NCBI RefSeq assembly: GCF_963921235.1 | Contig: NC_086108.1 | Location: 116,252,001 to 116,316,000, forward strand | Reading direction: 5' to 3' | DNA from: Mobula hypostoma | Taxonomy: Eukaryota | Length of the DNA stretch: 64,000 nt | Part shown: in pieces, positions 29,301 through 42,000 of the stretch | Numbering within the stretch: the first letter of the stretch is position 1 | How the letters are laid out: each line of letters starts with the position of its first letter | Made by a program: the position numbers and the translations under genes | Notes under the pieces: generated by a model | The model's input: only the letters and a program-made list of their open reading frames with translations | Told to the model about the DNA's origin: nothing | Database searches by the model: none

Positions 29301-31220
29301 ATGGGTTTCAGCGACACACTGGGATGTGGGGTGATGGTCGGTTTCAGAGACACACAGGGATGTGGGGTGATGTGTTTCAGAGACACACAGGACTGTGGTG
29401 TGATGGAGGGTTTCAGAGACACACAGGGATGTGGGGTAATGGTTTTCAGAGACACACAGGGATGTGGGTTGATGGCTTTCAGAGACACACAGGGATATGG
29501 GGTTGAGGGTTTCAGAGACACACAGGGATGTGGGGTGATGGAGGGTTTCAGAGACACACAGGGATGTGGAGTGATGGAGGGTTTCAGAGACACCCAGGGA
29601 TGTGGGGTGATGGTCAGTTTCAGAGACACACAGGGATGTGGGGTTATGGTGGGTTTCAGAGAGACACAATGATGTGGGGTGATGAGTTTCAGAGACACAC
29701 AGGGATGTGGGGTGATGGTGGGTTTCAGAGACACACAGGGATGTGGGGTGATGGTTTTCAGAGACACACAGGAATGTAGGGTGGTGATTTCAGAGACACT
29801 CAGGTATGTGGGGTGATGGACCCTTTCTGAGACTCACTGGGGTGTGGGGTGATGGAGAGTTTCAGAGTCACAAAGAGATTTCGGGTGATGGGTTTCAGAG
29901 ACACACAGGGATGTGGGGTGATGGTGGGTTTGAGAGACACACAGGGATGTGGGGTGATGGAGGGTTTCAGAGACACACAGGGATGTGGGGTGATGGAGGG
30001 TTTCAGAGAGACACAGGGATGTGGGGTGATGAGTTTCATAGACACCCAGGGATGTGGGGTGATGGTGGGTTTCAAAGACACACAGGGATGTGAGGTGATG
30101 GTGGGTTTCAAAAACACACAGGGATGTGGGGTGATGGGTTTCAGAGACACACAGGGTTGTGGGGTGATGGAGAGTTTCAGAGACACACAGGGACGTGGGG
30201 TGATGGGTTTCAGAGACACACAGGGATGTGGGCAGATTGAGGGTTTAAGAGACACACAGGGATTTGGGGTGATGGTGTGTTTCAGAGACACACAGGGATA
30301 TGGGTTGATGGAGCGTTTCAGAGACACACAGGGATGTGGGGTGATGGGTTTCAGAGACACCCAGGGATGTGGGGTGATGAGTTTCAGAGACAGCCAGTGA
30401 TGTAGTGTGATGGGTTTCAGAGACATACAGGGATGTGGGATGATTGTGGGTTTCAGAGACATACAGGGATGTTGGGTGATGGTGGGTTTCAGAGACACTC
30501 AGGGATGTGGGGTGATGGACATTTTCTGAGACACACCGTGATGTGGGGTGATCGTGGGTTTCAGAGACACACAGGGATGTGGGGTGATGGGTTTGAGACA
30601 TACAGGGATGTGGGGTGATGGGTTTCACAGGCACACAGGGATGTGGGGTGATGGAGGGTTTCAGAGACACACAGGGATGTGGGGTGATTGGTTTCAGAGA
30701 CACACAGGGATGTGGGGTGATGGGTTTCAGAGAGACACAATGATGTGGGGTGATGAGTTTCAGAGACACACAGGGATGTGGTGTGATGGTGGGTTTCAGA
30801 GACACACAGGGATGTGGGGTGATGGGTTTCAGAGACACACAGGAATGTGGGGTGGTGATTTCAGAGACACTCAGGTATGTGGGGTGATGGACCCTTTCTG
30901 AGACTCACTGGGGTGTGGGGTGATGGAGAGTTTCAGAGTCACACAGAGATTTCGGGTGATGGGTTTCAGAGACACACAGGGATGTGGGGTGATGGTGGGT
31001 TTGAGAGACACACAGGGATGTGGGGTGATGGAGGGTTTCAGAGACACACAGGGATGTGGGGTGATGGAGGGTTTCAGGGAGACACAGGGATGTGGGATGA
31101 TGAGTTTCATAGACACACAGGGATGTGGGGTGATGGTGGGTTTCAAAGACACACAGGGATGTGGGGTGATGGTGGGTTTCAAGACACACAGGGATGTGGG
31201 CAGATTGAGGGTTTAAGAGA
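22010..31220 (+). repeat. Block duplication ~22010-25940 = ~27295-31220 (offset ~5246-5355, varying with whole-unit indels)
   Basis: Matching ORFs at 22216/27502, 22860/28146, 23936/29291, 24518/29800 and 25595/30877. Variants GTGACGGG, GAGCCACAC and GAGATACAG are shared. Confidence 0.85.
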
Positions 31221-33000
31221 CACACAGGGATGTGGGGTGATGGTGGGTTTCAAAGACACACAGGGATGTGAGGTGATGGTGGGTTTCAAAGACACACAGG
31301 GATGTGGGGTGATGGGTTTCAGAGACACACAGGGTTGTGGGGTGATGGAGAGTTTCAGAGACACACAGGGACGTGGGGTGATGGGTTTCAGAGACACAAA
31401 GGGATGTGGGGTGATGGTGGGTTTCAAAGACACACAGGGATGTGGGGTGATGGTGGGTTTCAAGACACACAGGGATGTGGGGTGATGGGTTTCAGAGACA
31501 CACAGGGTTGTGGGGTGATGGAGAGTTTCAGAGACACACAGGGACGTGGGGTGATGGGTTTCAGAGACACACAGGGATGTGGGGTGATGGTGGGTTTCAG
31601 AGAAACCCAGGGATGTGGGGTGATGAGTTTCAGAGACACACAGGGATTGTGAGGTGATGGTGGGTTTCAGAGACACACAGGGATGTGGGGTGATGGGTTT
31701 CAGAGACACACAGGGATGTGGGGTGATGGTCGGTTTCAGATTGAGGGTTTAAGAGACACACAGGGATGTGAGGTGATAGTGGGTTTCAGAGACACACAAG
31801 GATGCGGGGTCATGGAGATTTTCAGAGACACACAGGGATGTGGGGTGATGGTGTGTTTCAGAGACACACAGGGATGTGGGGTGATGGAGAGTTTCAGAGA
31901 CACACAGGGATGTGGGGTAATGGGTTTCAGAGACACCCAGGGATGTGGGGTGATGAGTTTCAGAGACACCCAGTGATGTAGTGTGATGGGTTTCAGAGAC
32001 ATACAGGGATGTGGGATGATTTTGGGTTTCAAAGACACACAGGGATGTTGGGTGATGGTGGGTTTGAGAGACACACAGGGATGTGGGGTGATGGAGGGTT
32101 TCAGAGACACACAGGGATGTGGGGTGATGGAGGGTTTCAGAGAGACACAGGGATGTGGGGTGATGAGTTTCATAGACACACAGGGATGTGGGGTGATGGT
32201 GGGTTTCAAAGACACACAGGGATGTGAGGTGATGGTGGGTTTCAAAGACACACAGGGATGTGGGGTGATGGGTTTCAGAGACACACAGGGTTGTGCGGTG
32301 ATGGAGAGTTTCAGAGACACACAGGGACGTGGGGTGATGGGTTTCAGAGACACACAGGGATGTTGTGTGATGGTGGGTTTCAGATAACCCAGGGATGTGG
32401 GGTGATGAGTTTCAGAGACACACAGGTATTGTGAGGTGATGGTGGGTTTCAGAGACACACAGGGATGTGGGCAGATTGAGGCTTTAAGAGACACACAGGG
32501 ATGTGAGGTGATAGTGGGTTTCAGAGACACACAGGGATGTGGGGTGATGGTGTGTTTCAGAGACACACAGGGATGTGGGTTGATGGAGCGTTTCAGAGAC
32601 ACACAGGGATGTGGGGTGATGGGTTTCAGAGACACCCAGGGATGTGGGGTGATGAGTTTCAGAGACAGCCAGTGATGTAGTGTGATGGGTTTCAGAGACA
32701 TACAGGGATGTGGGATGATTGTGGGTTTCAGAGACACACAGGGATGTTGGGTGATGGTGGGTTTCAGAGACACTCAGGGATGTGGGGTGATGGACATTTT
32801 CTGAGACACACCGTGATGTGGGGTGATCGTGGGTTTCAGAGACACACAGGGATGTGGGGTGATGGGTTTGAGACATACAGGGATGTGGGGTGATGGGTTT
32901 CACAGGGACACAGGGATGTGGGGTGATGGAGGGTTTCAGAGACACACAGGGATGTGGGGTGATTGGTTTCAGAGACACACAGGGATGTGGGGTGATGGGT

Positions 33001-36000
33001 TTCAGAGACACACAGGGATGTGGGGTGATGGGTTTCAGAGACACACAGGGATGTCGGGTGATGGAGGGTTTCAGAGTCACACAGAGATGTCGGGTGATCG
33101 GTTTCAGAGACACACAGGGATGTGGGGTGATGGTGGGTTTCAGAGACTCACATTGTTGTGGGGTGATGGAGGGTTTCAGAGGCACATAAGGATGTGGGGT
33201 GATGGAGGGTTTCAGAGACAAAGAGGGATGTGGGGTTATGGAGGGTTTCAGAGACACATAGGGATGTGGGGTTATGGAGGGTTTCAGAGACACACAGGGA
33301 TGTGGGGTGATGGTCGGTTTCAGAGACACACAGGGATGTGGGGTGATGGGTTTCAGAGACACACATGGATGTCGGGTGATGAGTTTCAGAGACACACAGG
33401 GATGTGAGGTGATGGTGGGTTTCAGAGACACACAGGGATGTGGGGTGATGGAGGGTTTCAGAGACACACAGGGATGTGGGGTGATGGTGGTTTTCTAAGA
33501 CACACAGGGATGTGGGGTCATGGGTTTCAGAGACACACAGCGTTGTGGGGTGATGGAGAGGTTCAGAGACACACAGGGATGTGGGGTGATGGGTTTCAGA
33601 GAAACACAGGGATGTGGGGTGATGGAGGGTTTCAGAGACAACACAGTGATGTAGTGTGATGGGTTTCAGAGATATACAGGTATGTGGGGTGATGGAGGGT
33701 TTCAGAGACACACAGGAATGCGGGGTGGTGATTTCAAGGACACTCAGGGATGTGGGGTGGTGGAACCTTTCTGAGACTCAATGGGGTGTGGGCTGATGGT
33801 GGGTTTCAGATACACACAGGAATGTGGGGTGATGGGTTTCAGAGACACACAGGGATGTGGGGTGATGGGTTTCAGAGACACACAGGGATATGGGGTTGAG
33901 GGTTTCAGAGACAAACAGGGATGTGGGGTGATGGTGGGTTTCAGAGACACACAGGGATGTGGGGTGATTGGTTTCAGAGACACACAGGGATGTGGAGTGA
34001 TGGTCGGTTTCAGAGAAACACAGGGATGTGGGGTGATGGGTTTCTGAGACACTCAGCGATGTGGGGTTATGGTGGGTTTCAGAGAGACACAGGGATGTGG
34101 GGTGATGAGTTTCAGAGACACACAGGGATGTGGTGTGATGGTGGGTTTCAGAGACACACAGGGATGTCGGGTGATGGGTTTCAGGGACACACAGTGATGT
34201 AGGGTGATAGTCAGTTTCAGAGACACACAGGGATATGGGGTGATATGTTTCAAAGACACACAGGAATGTGGGATGGTGATTTCAGAGACACTCAGGTATG
34301 TGGAGTGGTGGACCCTTTCTGAGACTCACTGTGGTGTATGGTGATGGAGGGTTTCAGAGTCACACAGAGATGTCGGGTGATGGGTTTCAGAGACACACAG
34401 GGATGTGGGGTGATGGAGGGTTTCAGAGACACACAGGGATGTGGGGTGATGAGTTTCAGAGACACACAGGGATGTCGGGTGATGGAGGGTTTCAGAGTCA
34501 CACAGAGATGTCGGGTGATTGGTTTCAGAGACACACAGGGATGTGGGGTGATGGAGGGTTTCAGAGACACGCAGGGATGTGGGGTTATGGAGTGTTTCAG
34601 AGACACATAGGGATGTGGGGTGATGGAGGGTTTCAGAGACACACAGGGATGTGGGGTTATGGAGGGTTTCAGAGACACCCAGGGATGTGGGGTGATGGTC
34701 GGTTTCAGAGACACACAGGGATGTGGGGTGATGGGTTTCAGAGACACACAGGGATGTCGGGTGATGAGTTTCAGAGACACACAGGGATGTGAGGTGATGG
34801 TGGGTTTCAGAGACACACAGTGATGTGGGGTGATGGAAGGTTTCAGAGACAACAGAGTGATGTAGTGTGATGGGTTTCAGAGACACACAGGGATGTGGGG
34901 TGATGGAGGGTTTCAGAGACACACAGGGATGTGGGGTGATGGTGGTTTTCTAAGACACACAGGGATGTGGGGTGATGGAGGGTTTCAGTGACACACAGGG
35001 ATGTGGGGTTATGGTGGGTTTCAGAGACACACAGGGATGTGGGGTGATGGCGTTCAGAGACACACAGGGAAGTGGGGTGATGGAGAGTTTCAGAGACACA
35101 CAGGGATTTGGGGTGATGGGTTTCAGAGACACCCAGGGATGTGGGGTCATGGGTTTCAGAGACACACAGGGTTGTGGGGTGATGGAGAGGTTCAGAGACA
35201 CACAGGGATGTGGGGTGATGGGTTTCAGAGAAACACAGGGATGTGGGGTGATGGAGGGTTACAGAGACGACACAGTGATGTAGTGTGATGGGTTTCAGAG
35301 ATATATAGGTATGTGGGGTGATGGAGGGTTTCAGAGACCACACAGGGATGTGGGGTCATGGTGGGTTTCAGAGACACTCAGGGATGTGGGGTGATAGACA
35401 GTTTCCGAGACACGCAGGGATGTGAGGTGTTGGTGGGTTTCAGAGACACACCGGGATGTGGGGTGATGGTGGGTTTCAGAGATACACAGGGATGTGGGGT
35501 GATGGTGGGGTTTAGAGACACTCAGGGATGTGGGATGTTGGACAATTTCCGAGACACACAGTGATATGGGGTGATCGTCGGTTTCAGAGACACACAGGGA
35601 TTTGGGGTGATGGGTTTGAGACACACAGGGATGAGGGGTAATGGTGTGTTTCAGAGACACGCAGGGATGTGGGGTGATGGAGGGTTTCATAGACACACAG
35701 GGATGTGGGGTGATGGTGGTTTTCAGAGTCACACAGTGATGTCGGTTGATGGAGGGTTTCAGAGACACACAGGGATGCGGGGTAATGGTGAATTTCAGAG
35801 ACACGCAGGGATGTGGGATGATGGTGGGATTCAGAGTCACACAGGGATTTGGGGTGATTGCGTTCAGAGACACACAGGGATGTGGGGTGATGGAGAGTTT
35901 CAGAGACACACAGGGATGTGGAGTGATGGTGGGTTTCAGAGACACATCGTGATATGGGGTGATGGTCGGTTTAGAGTCACACAGGAATGTGGTGTGATTG

Positions 36001-39000
36001 GTTTCAGAGACACACAGGGATGTGGGGTGATGGTGGGTTTCAGAGACACATAGGGATGTGGGGTGATGGGTTTCAGAGACACACTGCGATGTGGGATGTT
36101 GGTGGGTTTCAGAGACACACAGGGATGTGGTGTAATGGTTTTCAGAGACACACAGGGATGTGGGTTGATGGCTTTCAGAGACACACAGGAATGCGGGGTG
36201 CTGATTTCAAGGACACTCAGGGATGTGGGGTTGTGGAACCTTTCTGAGACTCAATGGGGTGTGGGCTGATGGTGGGTTTCAGATACACACAGGAATGTGG
36301 GGTGATGGGTTTCAGAGACACACAGGGATGTGGGGTGATGGGTTTCAGAGACACACAGGGATATGGGGTTGAGGGTTTCAGAGACACACAGGGATGTGGG
36401 GTGATGGTGGGTTTCAGAGACACACAGGGATGTCGGGTGATGGGTTTCAGGGACACACAGTGATGTAGGGTGATAGTCAGTTTCAGAGACACACAGGGAT
36501 ATGGGGTGATATGTTTCAAAGACACACAGGAATGTGGGATGGTGATTTCAGAGACACTCATGTATGTGGAGTGGTGGACCCTTTCTGAGACTCACTGGGG
36601 TGTATGGTGATGGAGGGTTTCAGAGTCACACAGAGATGTCGGGTGATGGGTTTCAGAGACACACAGGGATGTGGGGTGATGGAGGGTTTCAGAGACACAC
36701 AGGGATGTGGGGTGATGAGTTTCAGAGACACACAGGGATGTCGGGTGATGGAGGGTTTCAGAGTCACACAGAGATGTCGGGTGATTGGTTTCAGAGACAC
36801 ACAGGGATGTGGGGTGATGGTGGGTTTCAGAGACACACATTGATGTGGGGTGATGGAGGGTTTCAGAGACACATAGGGATGTGGGGTGATGGAGGGTTTC
36901 AGAGACACACAGGGATGTGGGGTTATGGAGTGTTTCAGAGACACATAGGGATGTGGGGTGATGGAGGGTTTCAGAGACACACAGGGATGTGGGGTTATGG
37001 AGGGTTTCAGAGACACCCAGGGATGTGGGGTGATGGTCGGTTTCAGAGAAACACAGGGATGTGGGGTGATGGGTTTCAGAGACACACATGGATGTCGGGT
37101 GATGAGTTTCAGAGACACACAGGGATGTGAGGTGATGGTGGGTTTCAGAGACACACAGTGATGTGGGGTGATGGAAGGTTTCAGAGACACACAGGGAAGT
37201 GGGGTGATGGAGAGTTTCAGAGACACACAGGGATGTGGGGTGATGGGTTTCAGAGACACCCAGGGATGTGGGGTCATGGGTTTCAGAGACACACAGGGTT
37301 GTGGGGTGATGGAGAGGTTCAGAGACACACAGGGATGTGGGGTGATGGGTTTCAGAGAAACACAGGGATGTGGGGTGATGGAGGGTTACAGAGACAACAC
37401 AGTGATGTAGTGTGATGGGTTTCAGAGACACACAGGGATGTGGGGTGATGGTGGGTTTCAGAGACACTCAGGGATGTGGGGTGATGGACAGTTTCCGAGA
37501 CACACAGTGATGTGGGGTGATCGTGGGTTTCAGAGACACACAGGAATGTTGGGTGATGCTGGGTTTCAGAGACACACAGGGATGTGGGAGATGGAGGGTT
37601 TCAGAGACACACCGGGATGTGGGGTTATGGTGGGTTTCAGAGACACACAGGGTTGTGGGGTGCTGGGGAGGTTCAGAGACACGCAGGGATGTGGGGTGAT
37701 GGGTTTCAGAGAAATACAGTGATGTGGGGTGATGGAGGGTTTCAGAGACAACACAGTGATGTAGTGTGATGGGTTTCAGAGACATACAGGGATGTGGGGT
37801 GATGAAGCGTTTCAGAGACACACAGGGATGTGAGGTGTTGTTGGGTTTCAGAAACACACCGGGATGTGGGGTGATGGTGGGTTTCAGAGATACACAGGGA
37901 TGTGGGGTGATGGTGGGGTTTAGAGACACTCAGGGATGTGGGATGTTGGACAATTTCCGAGACACACAGTGATGTGGGGTGATCGTCGGTTTCAGAGACA
38001 CACAGGGATGTGGGGTGATGGGTTTGAGACACACAGGGATGTGGGGTAATGGTGTGTTTCAGAGACACGCAGGGATGTAGGGTGATGGAGGGTTTCATAG
38101 ACACACAGGGATGTGGGGTGATGGTGGTTTTCAGAGTCACACAGTGATGTGGGTTGATGGAGGGTTTCAGAGACACACAGGGATGCGGGGTGATGGTGAA
38201 TTTCAGAGACCCGCAGGGATGTGGGATGATGGTGGGTTTCAGAGACACACAGGGATGTGGGGTGATGGTGTTCAGAGACACACAGGGAAGTGGGGTGATG
38301 GAGAGTTTCAGAGACACACAGGGATGTGGGGTGATGGTGGGTTTCAGAGACGCATCGTGATATGGGGTGATGGTCGGTTTAGAGTCACACAGGAATGTGG
38401 TGTGATGGGTTTCAGAGACACACAGGGATGTGGGGTGATGGTCAGTTTCAGAGACACACAGGGATATGGGGTGATATGTTTCAAAGACACACAGGAATGT
38501 GGGATGGTGATTTCAGAGACACTCAGGTATGTGGAGTGGTGGACCCTTTCTGAGACTCACTAGGGTGTGGGGTGATGGAGGGTTTCAGAGTCACACAGAG
38601 ATGTCGGGTGATGGGTTTCAGAGACACACAGGGATGTGGGGTGATGGAGGGTTTCAGAGACACACAGGGATGTGGGGTGATGGGTTTCAGAGACACACAG
38701 GGATGTCGGGTGATGGAGGGTTTCAGAGTCACACAGAGATGTCGGGTGATCGGTTTCAGAGACACACAGGGATGTGGGGTGATGGTGGGTTTCAGAGACA
38801 CACATTGATGTGGGATGATGGAGGGTTTCAGAGACACATAGGGATGTGGGGTGATGGAGGGTTTCAGAGACACACAGGGATGTGGGGTTATGGAGGGTTT
38901 CAGAGACACCCAAGGATGTGGGGTGATGGTCGGTTTCAGAGACACACAGGGATGTGGGGTGATGGGTTTCAGAGATACACAGGGATGTCGGGTGATGAGT

Positions 39001-42000
39001 TTCAGAGACACACAGGGATGTGAGGTGATGGAGAGTTTCAGAGACACACAGGGATGTGGGGTGATGGGTTTCAGAGACACCCAGGGATGTGGGGTCATGG
39101 GTTTCAGAGACACACAGGGTTGTGGGGTGATGGAGAGGTTCAGAGACACACAGGGATGTGGGGTGATGGGTTTCAGAGAAACACAGGGATGTGGGGTGAT
39201 GGAGGGTTACAGAGACAACACAGTGATGTAGTGTGATGGGTTTCAGAGACACACAGGGATGTGGGGTGATGGTGGGTTTCAGAGACACTCAGGGATGTGG
39301 GGTGATGGACAGTTTCCGAGACACACAGTGATGTGGGGTGATCGTGGGTTTCAGAGACACACAGGAATGTTGTGTGATGCTGGGTTTCAGAGACACACAG
39401 GGATGTGGGAGATGGAGGGTTTCAGAGACACACCGGGATGTGGGGTTATGGTGGGTTTCAGAGACACACAGGGTTGTGGGGTGCTGGGGAGGTTCAGAGA
39501 CACGCAGGGATGTGGGGTGATGGGTTTCAGAGAAATACAGTGATGTGGGGTGATGGAGGGTTTCAGAGACAACACAGTGATGTAGTGTGATGGGTTTCAG
39601 AGACATACAGGGATGTGGGGTGATGAAGGGTTTCAGAGACACACAGGGATGTGAGGTGTTGTTGGGTTTCAGAAACACACCGGGATGTGGGGTGATGGTG
39701 GGTTTCAGAGATACACAGGGATGTGGGGTGATGGTGGGGTTTAGAGACACTCAGGGATGTGGGATGTTGGACAATTTCCGAGACACACAGTGATGTGGGG
39801 TGATCGTCGGTTTCAGAGACACACAGGGATGTGGGGTGATGGGTTTGAGACACACAGGGATGTGGGGTAATGGTGTGTTTCAGAGACACGCAGGGATGTA
39901 GGGTGATGGAGGGTTTCATAGACACACAGGGATGTGGGGTGATGGTGGTTTTCAGAGTCACACAGTGATGTGGGTTGATGGAGGGTTTCAGAGACACACA
40001 GGGATGCGGGGTGATGGTGAATTTCAGAGACCCGCAGGGATGTGGGATGATGGTGGGTTTCAGAGACACACAGGGATGTGGGGTGATGGTGTTCAGAGAC
40101 ACACAGGGAAGTGGGGTGATGGAGAGTTTCAGAGACACACAGGGATGTGGGGTGATGGTGGGTTTCAGAGACGCATCGTGATATGGGGTGATGGTCGGTT
40201 TAGAGTCACACAGGAATGTGGTGTGATGGGTTTCAGAGACACACAGGGATGTGGGGTGATGGTCAGTTTCAGAGACACACAGGGATATGGGGTGATATGT
40301 TTCAAAGACACACAGGAATGTGGGATGGTGATTTCAGAGACACTCAGGTATGTGGAGTGGTGGACCCTTTCTGAGACTCACTAGGGTGTGGGGTGATGGA
40401 GGGTTTCAGAGTCACACAGAGATGTCGGGTGATGGGTTTCAGAGACACACAGGGATGTGGGGTGATGGAGGGTTTCAGAGACACACAGGGATGTGGGGTG
40501 ATGGGTTTCAGAGACACACAGGGATGTCGGGTGATGGAGGGTTTCAGAGTCACACAGAGATGTCGGGTGATCGGTTTCAGAGACACACAGGGATGTGGGG
40601 TGATGGTGGGTTTCAGAGACACACATTGATGTGGGATGATGGAGGGTTTCAGAGACACATAGGGATGTGGGGTGATGGAGGGTTTCAGAGACACACAGGG
40701 ATGTGGGGTTATGGAGGGTTTCAGAGACACCCAAGGATGTGGGGTGATGGTCGGTTTCAGAGACACACAGGGATGTGGGGTGATGGGTTTCAGAGATACA
40801 CAGGGATGTCGGGTGATGAGTTTCAGAGACACACAGGGATGTGAGGTGATGGTGGGTTTCAGAGACACACAGTGATGTGGGGTGATGGAGGGTTTCAGAG
40901 ACAACACAGTGATGTAGTGTGATGGGTTTCAGAGACTTACAGGGATGTGGGGTAATGGTGTGTTTCAGAGACACGCAGGGATGTGGGGTGATGGAGGGTT
41001 TCATAGACACACAGGGATGTGGGGTGATGGTGGTTTTCAGAGTCACATAGTGATGTGGGTTGATGGAGGGTTTCAGAGACACACAGGGATGCGGGGTGAT
41101 GGTGAATTTCAGAGACACGCAGGGATGTGGGATGATGGTGGGATTCAGAGTCACACAGGGATGTGGGGTGATGGCGTTCAGAGACACACAGGGAAGTGGG
41201 GTGATGGAGAGTTTCAGAGACACACAGGGTTGTGGGGTGATGCAGAGGTTCAGAGACACACGGGGATGTGGGGTGATGGGTTTCAGAGAAACACAAGGAT
41301 GTGGTGTGATGGAGGGTTTCAGAGACACTCAGGGATGTGGATGATGGACAGTTTCCGAGACACACAGTGATGTGGGGTGATCGTGGATTTCAGAGACACA
41401 CAGGGATGTGGGGTGATGGGTTTGAGACATACAGGGATGTGGGGTTATGGATTTCAGAGGCACACAGGGATTTAGGGTGATGGGTTTCAGAGACACACAG
41501 GTATGTGGGGTTATGGTGTGTTTCAGAGACACACAGGGAAGTGGTGTGATGGATGGTTTCAGAGACACTATGCGATGTGGGTTGATGGTGGGTTTCAGAG
41601 ACACACAGGGATGTGGGGTGATGGGTTTCAGAGACACCCATGGATGTGTGGTGATAGGTTTCAGAGACACACAGGGTTGTGGGGTGATGGGGAGGTTCAG
41701 AGACACGCAGGGATGTGGGGTGATGGGTTTCAGAGACAAAACAGTGATGTAGTGTGGTGGGTTTCAGAGACATTCAGGGATGTGGGGTGATGGAGGGTTT
41801 CAGAGACACACAGGGATGTGAGGTGTTGGTGGGTTTCAGAGACACACAGGGATGTAGGGTGATGGTGGGTTTCAGAGATACACAGGGATGTGCGGTGATG
41901 GGTTTGAGACATACAGGGATGTGGGGTGATGGGTTTCAGAGGCACACAGGGATGTGGCTTGATGGGTTTCAGAGACACTATGGGATGTGGGGTGATGGTG

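Larger units (their letters stand above)
1..33000 (+). repeat. Array domain I: relatively homogeneous units with many recent block duplications
   Basis: Diagnostic variants are GGACTGTG(G)TGT (14 copies, 1239-29390), GGGCAGATTGAGGGTTTAAGAG, GAGACACAATGATG, frequent GAGTCACACAGAGATGTCGGG and the GGACCCTTTCTGAG unit. The boundary is approximate. Confidence 0.8.
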
